Positions 12,042 through 21,765 of a DNA stretch of 64,000 nucleotides are shown here, in pieces; within the stretch, counting starts at the first letter, position 1, and every line of letters starts with the position of its first letter. Both the position numbers and the translations under genes were made by a program. The notes below the pieces were generated by a model. It saw only the letters and a list, made by a program, of their open reading frames with translations, did no database searches and had not been told where the DNA came from. The stretch is from assembly GCF_000372725.1 (NCBI RefSeq), contig NW_005201192.1, positions 124,001 through 188,000 on the forward strand, read 5' to 3'. Source of the DNA: Emiliania huxleyi CCMP1516. Lineage: Eukaryota.

Positions 12042-15000
12042 TCAGAGCGCTATGGAGAGGCCTGCGCGCACAGCCGTCGACGCACGGCGGCCGTCTCCGG
12101 ACTCGGCCGCCCGGTCGAGCGGCAAGCTCGCCTGCAGCTCGACGGCGCCAGCGTCGCCGAGCTCCGTCTGCCGCGAGGGGGGGAAGGGGGGGGGGGCAAG
12201 GGGGGGCGTGAGGCCATCCCGAGGCGGGCAAGACGCGAGGTGGCGCTGGGCTCTGTGCGCCGCGAGACGGGGCGGGCTCACCCTCTGAGTGACGATCATC
12301 TCTGCGCCGCCGCCACCGCCGCTGCGGCGGCGCCCTAGCGCGGCGCGGAGGCGCGCGTCGAGGGTCAGCCCCGTGATCGCCGGCTGCGCGCCAAGGCTGC
12401 GCTCTGCCTGCGGCCGCGGAGGCTCCTCCGCGCGCGCGAGTCGCACGCAAGCGGAGAGCTCCGCAGAGAGCTCGCCGCTGGCCGACTCGCGCCGAGCTCG
12501 AGCGACTCGCGCCGACCTCGCCGACTGCGCCGGGGCGAGCGGCGCGGCGGGCGGCTCGAGGGTGGGCGCGCCGCCTTGCGCCGCCCCCTCCGACGCCCCC
12601 GCCACTGGCGACGGCGGCGTCGCCCCGCCCCTCGGGGCGGCGAGGACGGCGTGGTGCAGCGCCTGCTGCTGGCCTTGGGCGGCGTGCGCGCTGGAGAGGC
12701 GTCCCCGCTCGAGCCCCCCCCACTCGGGCCCCCGCTGGGCGACGGAAGCGGCGGGGGGGCTGGCGGCGCCGTTCGCCGCCTCCGCGGAGTCCGAGGGCGG
12801 GGATGGTGGCGGGGGAGGCGGAGAAGAGCCTTGGGCAAGCGCGTGCTGCGGCGAAGAGCCCGCGCCCAAGGAGGGTGCCGGAGGCTGGGCGGGGAGCGGC
12901 GTGCGGGTGGATCCGCCGGGGGGCCGCGCGCCAGGCGGGCCCTCCTGCCCCGCCCCGCCGGCAGTCTCCCCGACCCCCACCCGCACCGCCGCGACACCGA
13001 CACTGTGTGTCCAGCTCCACTCTCCTCCGCGGCGCTTCGAACTGGCGGCTCCGGTCCGCCCGTCGCGCCGCCGCGCGTCGAGGAGCCGGAGCAGCCGCCA
13101 GCGGCGCGGCTCGCAACGCAGCTCGGTGCTCGAGATCGCTCCCTCCGCTGAGCGGCGCCAGCCGAGCGTACCCGTCCACCTCCTCTCCTCGCCGTCGAGC
13201 GAGAGGCGGGCGAGGAGAGGCAGCAAAGCGAGCGAAGACGCACCCTCGCCTACAGCGAGAGCGGCGTGGCGGGTGAGCGCCTGCCCGCAATCCGAGGGAG
13301 CGACGGCTCGGCTCGCGGCGCCGCGGGCGCGCGACGCCGCCGCCGCGCCGCCCTCGCGGCCCGCCCGCCGCCCCGGCGGCGCTTGTGTCGCCGTCCCTCG
13401 CCCGGGGCGCGGGAAGGGTACTGGAGCCGCTGTGGAAGGGAGCGAAGAGCGGGGCAGCCGAGGGGCGGCGCTGCCGAGCATGAGCTCCCTCGCCGCCGCC
13501 TCGGCGCGCGTCTCGCACATCGGCGCCGCCTGGAGGCGAGCCTGCAGCCGCCGGTCGAGCGAGGCAGCCAGGGGACGGGCGGGGGACGCACGCGGACTCT
13601 CGCGGCTCTTCGCGGCGCCCCCGCCCGCGCGGCCGCCCCGGCGGCCGCCCTCCGGCCCGCCGAGGCGCACGACCCCGCCGGACACGCTAGCGCCCACCCG
13701 CCCCGCAGCAACCCTCGCGTGGACCGCCACGGACGCCTGCTCGTGCGCCCCTCCGCAGGCCAAACTCCCGCCCAGCCATGGCCCGTCCACGCCTCGCAGC
13801 AGCGAGCCCCAGCCCGCCGAGCCGCGCCCGCCCGGCGCGACCGCCCTGCCCGCCGCGCCGCCTCCCTCTCGGAGGCGCGCGCTCACGGTGCACACCGCGC
13901 TCGCGTTTGCGCCCGGCAGCTCGAGCCGGCGAGTCATCGCACGCAACAGCACGGGCGCGACCTGCACCGGACGGGCACGCGCGGGGTCGGGCTCCTGGCC
14001 TCCCCGCTCCCCCGCCGTCGCCCCCACACACACCTCCACGGCGGGCGAGCGCAGAGCCACCGCCGCAGCGCCGCCTCCGTCGAGCGCGGCTGTCAGCCGG
14101 CAGCCGCCAAGCCCGCGGCCCATGCCTCGGCCTGCCCCGCCGGCCGCTCCCGGGGCGGCGGGCGTCGACTTGCGCGGAGGGGCCGGAGTCTCGCCCCTGG
14201 CCTCGCCCTGCCGCCCGCCCTGCCGCCCGCCCTGCCGCCCGCCCTGCCGCCCGCCCTCCTGCGACCCGCTCCGCTTCTCCCTCCCTCGAACCAGCCTCTC
14301 CCAGAGCGGCGCCGGGCCGCGCGACGGCGACGGAAGAGGGATGGCCCGAGGGATGGCCCTCGACGCGGAGGCCGCAGCAGCCTCGCGCGAGGCCGGCTCG
14401 GCGGCACTCGGGGCAGCGACGCGCGCGGGGGTCGGAGCATCGCGGTTGGAAGACAGGCCCGCGGGCAGGGCGAGCGAGGCGCCGCCGCGGCCGCTCGAGA
14501 CCCAGCCGACGGCGTCTTGGAGGACGAGGCCACCGTCAGAGAGGTCAAGGGAGCAGCTCGACGCCTGCAGCGTCCCTGCGAACCCGCCTCCCGCCTGCAG
14601 CCCGCGGAGCGCGTCGCCCGCGTCGGCCCGGCCAAGGCGGCGGCGCGCCAGCTCGAGCAGCGACGGCGAGTCTCGCCCCCAGCGCACCAGCCGGTGGGCA
14701 GCCCCGCCCGGCGCCAGCCCGGACGCACCCGCTCCCGCCAGGTGCTCGCTCGCCCCGAGTCGGACCGCCGGCGGGACAGACCACTGCACGCGCACCGGCC
14801 CAGCCGCATGAGCGGCGCCGAGGCTGCTCGAGAGGGTGAGCCCGCGCGAGCGCAGCCGCAGCTGGCCGGCGGAGAGGCGGGTCGCGCCGCGGCACTCGTA
14901 GGTCGCGCCGCCATCGCCGTCGAGACGCACCACCAGGCAGTCTGTTGAGACTGAAACCGCCGCGCTGCTGCCTGGCTCGCCCGCGAGGGACTTGTGCAGC

Positions 15001-15134
15001 AGGACGTCCTCGCGGGGGAACGGGCCGTGCTTGGGCCGGACGACCCGTAGACGACGAGCTGACACCTCCATCGACACGCTGCTGCCGTCGCGGGAGAGGA
15101 GCAGCGGCGGAGGGCCCATATCAGAACCCGCCAC
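12042..15134 (-). CDS. Large Ala/Gly/Arg-rich hypothetical protein, probably intron-containing
   Basis: 1030-codon open frame starting beside an AT-rich promoter; no domain recognised. Confidence 0.45.
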   Translation of the reverse strand: MAGSDMGPPPLLLSRDGSSVSMEVSARRLRVVRPKHGPFPREDVLLHKSLAGEPGSSAAVSVSTDCLVVRLDGDGGATYECRGATRLSAGQLRLRSRGLTLSSSLGAAHAAGPVRVQWSVPPAVRLGASEHLAGAGASGLAPGGAAHRLVRWGRDSPSLLELARRRLGRADAGDALRGLQAGGGFAGTLQASSCSLDLSDGGLVLQDAVGWVSSGRGGASLALPAGLSSNRDAPTPARVAAPSAAEPASREAAAASASRAIPRAIPLPSPSRGPAPLWERLVRGREKRSGSQEGGRQGGRQGGRQGGRQGEARGETPAPPRKSTPAAPGAAGGAGRGMGRGLGGCRLTAALDGGGAAAVALRSPAVEVCVGATAGERGGQEPDPARARPVQVAPVLLRAMTRRLELPGANASAVCTVSARLREGGGAAGRAVAPGGRGSAGWGSLLRGVDGPWLGGSLACGGAHEQASVAVHARVAAGRVGASVSGGVVRLGGPEGGRRGGRAGGGAAKSRESPRASPARPLAASLDRRLQARLQAAPMCETRAEAAARELMLGSAAPRLPRSSLPSTAAPVPFPRPGRGTATQAPPGRRAGREGGAAAASRARGAASRAVAPSDCGQALTRHAALAVGEGASSLALLPLLARLSLDGEERRWTGTLGWRRSAEGAISSTELRCEPRRWRLLRLLDARRRDGRTGAASSKRRGGEWSWTHSVGVAAVRVGVGETAGGAGQEGPPGARPPGGSTRTPLPAQPPAPSLGAGSSPQHALAQGSSPPPPPPSPPSDSAEAANGAASPPAASVAQRGPEWGGLERGRLSSAHAAQGQQQALHHAVLAAPRGGATPPSPVAGASEGAAQGGAPTLEPPAAPLAPAQSARSARVARARRESASGELSAELSACVRLARAEEPPRPQAERSLGAQPAITGLTLDARLRAALGRRRSGGGGGAEMIVTQRVSPPRLAAHRAQRHLASCPPRDGLTPPLAPPPFPPSRQTELGDAGAVELQASLPLDRAAESGDGRRASTAVRAGLSIAL

Positions 15135-15183
15135 CGTTTACTACGAGCCTCGCGCCACAAGCGAAACGACAAAAAACACACTT

Positions 15184-15286
15184 TTCGCCGGTTAGTGCAC
15201 TAACCTCCGAGAAACCCTTCGAATCGCTCCTCATCGCAAACCCTGTCAGCAGAGTCCTCCTACGGGAATGTACGTAAGAGCCACAT
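15184..15286 (-). repeat. ~110-bp hairpin-ended dispersed element (family E), copy 1
   Basis: Reverse complement of 16295-16400; contains the perfect palindrome GGTTAGTGCACTAACC. Confidence 0.85.
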
Positions 15287-15364
15287 AGAAAATTTTTAGG
15301 TGCAACGTTGGTTTCTCCGTTTTCTTTCTTTTCTTTTAGCCTCGAACCATCGGAATAGCGAACA

Positions 15365-15741
15365 GGAGGGAGGACCGGGAGGAGAGGGGAGCCCCTTCGG
15401 ATGGGGGGTGGGGAGATCGGGCGGAGGAGCCCTGAGTGGCGATGTCGGGTGAGAGTGTACGTCATGCTCGTGTCTGGTGTTTATACTATCTCCGAGTAGA
15501 GGCAGAGAGAGGGGGCGTTCCGCCGCTAGGGGACACCCAAAGCGCAGAACTAACCCTCGGAGACCTGTGTTTACTTTACGGCCCTTTCCCTGCGAACGCG
15601 CACCCCCCCAGGGCTAGGGCTCTCTAGCCCGTGTACCCTCGAGTAACCCGATGCCGATCATCCGCGGCGGCCCGCTGGGTGCGCTTCTTAGCTCCCCGGC
15701 CCTGGATGTGAGGTTACTGACTGCACTCCAAGTGCTCCAAG
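15365..15741 (+). mobile_element. Repeat family C 3' portion ending in (CTCCAAGTG)n
   Basis: ~370 bp homologous to the reverse complement of 28482-28830. Confidence 0.75.
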
Positions 15742-15802
15742 GGCGGCAACACACCCATCAAGCTACAGATCAACGGAGGAGCTGCGCCGTGACCTACAGA
15801 GA

Positions 15803-15881
15803 GTAGGTAGGTAGGTAGAAAGGTGAAGAACAGCCAGGCTCGGACTGGACACCAACGCGGTATGGGTGGACGCTAGACAGA
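15803..15881 (-). repeat. Retroposon 3' end, family D, second copy
   Basis: Matches 8131-8212. Confidence 0.7.
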
Positions 15882-16288
15882 GAGTCAGCTCAGCGGCGCT
15901 GGGGAACGACCAACCCGTAGAGATCAAACCCATGGCCGTGCGGGGGGTGACTCGAGCCCGGTGAGGGAGAACAGAAGCTCAGTCAGCACTGCTGGGTGAC
16001 AAATCTTGGTGCACACGTGACCAACTGTGATCTGAAGGGGGCCGAGGAGGGCGGTGGCACGGAGAGGTGGGCGCGCAGCGAGGCGAGGTGGCCGGCGGCG
16101 ATATCGGTTTGCAGGCTCGCGGCGGACGCCATCACCGAGTCGAGACGCGGCAGCTACGCCCGGAAGGGCGGTGTCGCACGGCGCCCGCCAGCGGACGGCT
16201 CTCTTCTGGCTGCGCACGGGCGCCGACATCTTGGCAAACCTTGGCCCGCAGCCCGCGCCGTAAGCTTTTTCAGTGTACGTCTCTCTCT

Positions 16289-16400
16289 CAGTGTATGTAG
16301 CTCTTACGTACATTCCCGTAGGAGGACTCTGCTGACAGGGTTTGCGATGAGGAGCGACCCGACGGGTTTCTCGGAGGTTAGTGCACCACTAACCGCCGAA
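16289..16400 (+). repeat. Family E element, copy 2
   Basis: ATGTAGCTCTTACGTACATTCCCGTAGGAGGACTCTGCTGACAGGGTTTGCGATGAGGAGCG...GGTTAGTGCACCACTAACCGCCGAA. Confidence 0.85.
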
Positions 16401-16584
16401 GCGCAAGCGCTTGGAGCAAGAGAACTGCCACGTATCGGTCTCATACTAGCACCCCACCTCGCGAGCCGACGTTCTGGCTCAGCGAGGTTGCTGCGGAGCA
16501 CTCGCCGGGTCTTTTTTCTTTTTGCTCTTCCGGTACACTTCCCAAGACTGACTGAGACTGACTGTACACTTCCCAAGGCTGCGC

Positions 16585-17280
16585 ATGCTGCTGCCGTCCT
16601 GCTCTATCCCGCCTGTGCGGCCGCTGCTGCTGCACACCGTCGCAACTTCGGGCGTCGCCATGCTGGCGGACCCCGCGCTGGCTACGTCATCGGCGGCGGA
16701 TCTGCCGCCCGCGACATCATTTGAGCCTCAGGGCGACCCGCTGCAGGCGGCGATTCTATTCTCGGTGGTTGCGCTCCCATTTGCCTATTGGTGGTACATC
16801 TCGGTGCCCGAGGCGCGACTCGCGCTTGCAAAGGACAAGCGCCTCAAAGAAGGCGAAACTAAGAGATACCTCGACGAGCTCGCGGACGACCCGAGCGGCA
16901 GGAAGGCCGAGCGCTGGTTCTTCGCCAAGTGGCTGAGACAGAATAAGCCGAGCAGGCCTGCTGCTGCAAAGGCCGCACCAGAGGACGAGGCGGCGGCGCT
17001 ACCGCCAGAGGAGGCGGCGGCGGCGCTACCGCCAGCACCTCCTCCAGAGCCCGCGCGCGACGCTTCGCTTGGGGTGCTATTCAAACCGGCGTCGCTGAAA
17101 GGCAACGCGACGCCGAAGTTTTGGTCGGGAGACAACCCCATCGTCGTCACGATGGGTGGCCTTGCCCTAGCTGGCGTCGTCGCAACAGCGGCGCAGAGCG
17201 GCAGCGGCGCGCACGTGGCCGATATCGTGGTGCTGGGCGCGGGGCTGGCGTTTGGGCTGAGCAGGCTCACCCTCGACTAG
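16585..17280 (+). CDS. Hypothetical membrane protein, possibly plastid-targeted
   Basis: Three hydrophobic segments; coding-like composition. Confidence 0.6.
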   Translation: MLLPSCSIPPVRPLLLHTVATSGVAMLADPALATSSAADLPPATSFEPQGDPLQAAILFSVVALPFAYWWYISVPEARLALAKDKRLKEGETKRYLDELADDPSGRKAERWFFAKWLRQNKPSRPAAAKAAPEDEAAALPPEEAAAALPPAPPPEPARDASLGVLFKPASLKGNATPKFWSGDNPIVVTMGGLALAGVVATAAQSGSGAHVADIVVLGAGLAFGLSRLTLD

Positions 17281-17447
17281 CGCCTATTCAGAATAATTCT
17301 TTTCTTGCCAGTGGTGGAACAGCTCGCCACTCGAAGCCACACCCAACCTTTTGCGCTCACTGTAGTGCGCGTCGGGCTTGAGGTTCGATACCGAGTTTTG
17401 GCTACGACGGCCCGCAGCGGAACAGGGCAATCCGAGCTACACGCACG

Positions 17448-18668
17448 ATGCTGCGACTTCCCGCAGCCATCCTGCTCGCCCTCACCCCAGCGAGGGCGAC
17501 CCGCCTCCGGCTCGTCAGCTTCAACATCCACGGTTGGCGCGATGCGGACCACACAGACAGGCTCAGCGACCTCATCAAAGCCATCGCAGCCCTTCGGCCC
17601 GACGTGGTCTGCCTGAACGAGGTGCTCTTCCCGTTTGTCGGCCCGCCCAAAGAGGATCCCTACTGGGAGGCTGTGCGCGAGCGGCGCGGCTACCTCCACG
17701 TGCCGCCGGCCGGGAGCAGGCCAGACGAGCGGGACGAAGACAACTATCTGCGGCGGCTCGCTGCCGCGCTGGGCCTGCCGCACATTTGCTTCGGGGCGGC
17801 TGTCGGCACCGACCCAGAGCCGCGCCCGTTTGCGCGCTGCTTCTTTGCGCAGTACCCCTTCGGCAACGCCATCCTCTCGCGCTTCCCTCTCTCCGATGTG
17901 CGTCACTCGCTGCTCTCCGTGTCTCCCGCCGACCTGACGTGCGGCGACCAGCCTCGCACAGACAGCGACTTGGAGCACCGCGCCCTCACCACGGCCCGGC
18001 TGCGGCTGCCGGGAGGCGGGAGCCTCGGCGTCGCTGTCACGCACCTCGACCACAAGGCGGAGGCTCTAACCTTACCCTAACCCTAACCATAACCCTAACC
18101 CTAACCCATACCCTAACCTCGACCACAAGGCGGAGGCTCTGCGAGAGCGGCAGGTCGCCGCCGCCGTCGAGCGATGCGCTGGCGCGTTTGGGTCGCTGCC
18201 GCATGTCCTGTGCGGCGACCTCAACTCTTTCAGCAGGGGAGACATGAGCGCGCGGCAGTGGAGTGAGATCTGCGCGCTGTACGAGAGCCGCGGCTGGGGT
18301 GAGTGAATCGCCATCTCTCGCCCATCTCTCGCCTCTCCCCTCACCGTCTCCCTGCTCGCCGTCTTACTGCTCCTCTCGTCTCACCGTCACGCGGCCGCCC
18401 GGTAGGCTCGCCGCGGCCCGACTCGCTGGTGCGAGCCGTCCTGCACGCCGCCGGCTACTGCGACAGCTTCGGGGCCATCCTCCGACCTGCTGTCCTTCCA
18501 AACGTGCTGCCTCCCCCGACCTGCTGGACGAACACTCGGCTCGACTACGTGCTCCTCTCGCAGGTGGCGGCGGCCGGGGCGGTGCGGGTGACGGCCCACA
18601 AGACGGTGCGGGACTGTGACGTGTCGGACCACTTCCCTGTCTTATGCGAGATTGACATATCGAGATAG
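17448..18668 (+). CDS. Endonuclease/exonuclease/phosphatase (EEP) family protein with signal peptide; exons 17448-18056, 18130-18298, 18406-18668
   Basis: SFNIH, DVVCLNEV, GNAILSRFP, THLD, GDLN, RLDY and SDHFPV motifs; frame restored by two introns. Confidence 0.88.
18066..18118 (+). repeat. Interstitial telomeric repeat (CCCTAA)n, about 8 degenerate units
   Basis: ctaaccttaccctaaccctaaccataaccctaaccctaacccataccctaacc. Confidence 0.9.
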
Positions 18669-18982
18669 ACCCGGTATTCACTCTCCTCGAGCGCAAGGAC
18701 GCGGGGAGCTTCACGCGGAGTTGTCGGAGCTTCGCGCAAAGGTCAAGGACCTGGAGGCCAAGAAGCTCAAGGAGTGAACGCCTTCATCTCAAGGATTAGG
18801 ACATAGTGTTAGTGACTGTCCGTTGTCGGTTATACGGTGTATGTGGGAGTCCCCACTCCCATTATTGAGACGACGCTTTTGTCTTCGAATCTTGACTAAC
18901 AGCTTTCGTGAAGGATGGATTGAAAAACATTCGAACAAAGAAGAGGCGACGGGAGGAACCGGCAGAGGATGCAGTGACGTGA

Positions 18983-19007
18983 CACACACACACACACTCA
19001 CACCGCA

Positions 19008-19042
<35 letters not shown>
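18983..19042. repeat. (CA)n microsatellite, interrupted
   Basis: Direct observation. Confidence 0.9.
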
Positions 19043-19043
<1 letters not shown>

Positions 19044-19143
19044 GCTCACCCACGCGCACCGGGCCTTGCACTTTGAATGCCGTGGGGCTCCTGTCGTTAG
19101 ACGTGGAGACGCGAGGGTTGCCCCCCCTTGCCCCACCACCTCG

Positions 19144-19515
19144 TAGAGCTGTTTAACATTAACTTTGGGCCTAACAGTTGCGCTATCGTGTTGGCTTGAA
19201 ATCCTTAACGTTGTTCAAGTGTTCACCCCAGCCCATGCTGTTACTGTTTGTTACTGTTGTTACTGTTGTTCAGCGGTCAGCAAGCAGAAAATCCCAAAAA
19301 AACCGGGTAAACCCCGAAATACCTGGGGTTTCCCGGGTATTTCGGGTATTACCCGCACTGGACGCTGGAGATCGTCGTGGGTCACTGCCAGGCCTTCCTT
19401 ATTGTTGTTCAGCCGGCCTAACGTTAGCTACTGTTGTTGGGGAGCCCCACTGTTGTTCTGTTGTTACTGTTAACACTAGCAACACTGTTCAGCTCCCAAC
19501 GTTAAACAGCTCCTA
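19144..19515. mobile_element. hAT-type MITE (372 bp) with 8-bp TSD
   Basis: Starts TAGAGCTGTTTAAC and ends GTTAAACAGCTCCTA; CCACCTCG is duplicated at 19136-19143 and 19516-19523; subterminal GTTACTGTT repeats. Confidence 0.88.
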
Positions 19516-19814
19516 CCACCTCGTGTGTGTGGAGAAGTTTACTTACCTTACCTTACCTTACCTTTCGGTGCTACCCCCCTGTCGCGCCTATCTGTATCTC
19601 TCGCTCTCTGCCAACTGCCTTGCTCTCTCCACCACCTCGGTCGCGAGAGGTGGAGGTCTCTGACGTGTCGGTGTGTCCCTGCACCCTGGGAGCTGAAACA
19701 CGAGTGTGCCGTACTCCGTCCGAGAGCGCAGCACGAGCACGGAGCAGCGCAGTGTGCGCACCTCCCGAGCAAGCGTGGAGCAAGGTGCGGGCTGACCGGT
19801 GCAAGTGCAATGTG

Positions 19815-21092
19815 TCACGCCCCCGTGCAGTTGAGTCTCCCTTCAACGCACGCCGTCAGGCGACCCTGTTCCTCCGCGGTAAGCTCCCTGCTGTACGTGC
19901 CAAAACTGTTCTTCTTCTGCCACGGCTGCGGCTCCTTGTAGCCGTACAAGAATGAGAACGTAAGTGGCTCGTTGTATTCCTGGCCGACGAGCGTCGGACA
20001 GCCGTTCTCCTTGTAGTCGTTCCAGTCAAAGGAGCTGCTCTCCTTCAAGTCGTCGGCGGTAAGTCGGCAAGCCTGCGCCTGCGCCTGCGCCTGCCCCTGG
20101 AGCTGCCGCTGCGTTCCAAGTCTGCGACGAGAAGCCAGCAAAGGAGGGCAAATGGCCTGGTAGGGAAGGATGGTCGCGAGCACGCTGCCGTTGAGCTGCC
20201 ATTGGTGGATGCAGTTGCAATACCGCTCCGCCGTGTGCTGCTGGGAGGGGATGACCTGGGCGAGGCAATTCTGGCAGCCGTGACCAGTCATGGGGTCGTA
20301 AGTGGTTGTGCAGCTGGTCGGATCGCGGAGGAGGAAGTCGGGCGGGTAGATGCCATTCAGCCAGGCGTCCTTGTAGTCGCCCGCAGAGATAACATTCGTC
20401 GGCGCAATGGCGTGGAAGAAGGCGAGGTTGGAGCCACCCAGCTGCGACGGGCAGCCCGACTGCTCAGGCTCGCAGTTTGGGGCGCCGGTTGAGGCGTTGA
20501 CTCCAAGCGATAGGTCTAGCTTGTCCGAGTCCACATCGTTGGTCGTGATTGGATTGTTGGGCAGGTCGGGCGCCCGCCGATCCCAGATGTGAAAGAAGCA
20601 GTTTACCTCGGGCTCAGTCCAGCTAGTGACGCTGGAAGCAAGGCAGACGAACTCGCCGAAGTTGAACGCGCCGCCGCCAATGACCGGGTCGCGGACACCT
20701 GTGCTGTACATATGCTCCTGCGGCGCGTCATTTGGCGACGGCGCCATGAATGTCGTGATGGAGTTCATGGCGCGCACGTCAATATTGGTCGGGCACTTGG
20801 GGCAAGTGGTGGTGGAGTTGAAGTTGGCCTCGGTCGTCTCTTCGGCGATGTCTGGATGCACGCCCCGGGCGAGCATAGCCTTCACAACGTCCTCCTTGAC
20901 CACGGTGCAATCTGGCTCGAAGTACGGGTCGAGATCGCCGTTCTTGCACATGAGGCCCATGAACGGGCAGTTGATGAGGTGGAAGTCGGTGCAGCAGGCG
21001 TGCGGTAGCGACGCGGAAGGAGAGCTCCCACTCGGAATCCCCGGCCTCGTTTGCTTGAATGACCGCAGTCGTGAATCCCAAACGGTTTCAAA
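19815..21092 (-). CDS. Cys-rich extracellular-type protein lacking an evident N-terminus (possibly 5' truncated)
   Basis: Strong C-ending codon bias, many Cys, SRRRL..RQLQ motif; frame open to a TAA at about 21093 with no signal peptide. Confidence 0.6.
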   Translation of the reverse strand, partial: FETVWDSRLRSFKQTRPGIPSGSSPSASLPHACCTDFHLINCPFMGLMCKNGDLDPYFEPDCTVVKEDVVKAMLARGVHPDIAEETTEANFNSTTTCPKCPTNIDVRAMNSITTFMAPSPNDAPQEHMYSTGVRDPVIGGGAFNFGEFVCLASSVTSWTEPEVNCFFHIWDRRAPDLPNNPITTNDVDSDKLDLSLGVNASTGAPNCEPEQSGCPSQLGGSNLAFFHAIAPTNVISAGDYKDAWLNGIYPPDFLLRDPTSCTTTYDPMTGHGCQNCLAQVIPSQQHTAERYCNCIHQWQLNGSVLATILPYQAICPPLLASRRRLGTQRQLQGQAQAQAQACRLTADDLKESSSFDWNDYKENGCPTLVGQEYNEPLTFSFLYGYKEPQPWQKKNSFGTYSRELTAEEQGRLTACVEGRLNCTGA

Positions 21093-21094
21093 TT

Positions 21095-21378
21095 ACCCGG
21101 CGCATTCCACTACCGGGTGATCTGGAAGAATTTAAACAAATGAACTCTCTCTCACAGCAGACAGGCTCGACACAGGTGGAAGAAGTAGAAGACATTTCGC
21201 CCGCCGGGTAACCTGCAAACGACATTTCGCCGTGAGGCCGTGTAACGTTGGGTAGCCTGGAAACGACACTAACGACATTCGTCGCCGCACCGGGTGATCT
21301 GAAATCGCCCACACCGGGTGATCTGGAAAACGCCGGGTGATCTGCGAGGCGAATCTCAAAAACCGGGTCATCTGAAAT
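21095..21378. repeat. Cluster of five CCGGGT(G/C)ATCTG motifs; transposon subterminal-like
   Basis: Copies at about 21113, 21290, 21313, 21333 and 21363. Confidence 0.6.
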
Positions 21379-21465
21379 TTATCCATTGCGCATTGGAATA
21401 TGTGGCTCTTACGAACATACCCATTCAGCTAAAAGTTCACAGTATGACTGTTCTTTTCCAGTGAG

Positions 21466-21585
21466 CAGTGTATGTGGCTCTTACGAACATACCCGTAGGT
21501 GGACTGCTGAGTGCTGACGGGGTTGCGATGAGGAGCGACACCGAAGGGTTTCTCGCTCGGGGTTAGTGCACCACTAACCGCCGAA
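21466..21585 (+). repeat. Family E element, copy 3 (head also duplicated at 21399-21422)
   Basis: Same sequence and same 3' end (CACTAACCGCCGAA) as copy 2. Confidence 0.85.
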
Positions 21586-21765
21586 CGAATCTTTCACCTC
21601 AGAACATACAATACATACCGTGCACGGACAGTGTTGGAGAAATAGGTTGACCGTTGGGTATGCTGTCGTCGGACTTGTGAACTCGATTGTGCAGGTGATG
21701 ATCTGATTAATTCACGCGTGGCGGTCCCATGATCACAAGTTTTTCAACCCACGACCGTAACCGCC

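Noticed and set aside
12289..14811. Long plus-strand and overlapping Arg/Pro/Ala ORFs here and throughout the window
   Set aside because: Shadow ORFs expected from stop-codon scarcity at very high GC
16320..16380. Hammerhead ribozyme in family E (GATGAG...GAA)
   Set aside because: No proper CUGAnGA/GAAA core with pairing stems could be built
15184..16400. Inverted family E copies read as TIRs of one 1.2-kb transposon
   Set aside because: No TSD, the copies are diverged, and solo copies occur elsewhere; independent copies facing divergent genes is simpler, though a composite is not excluded
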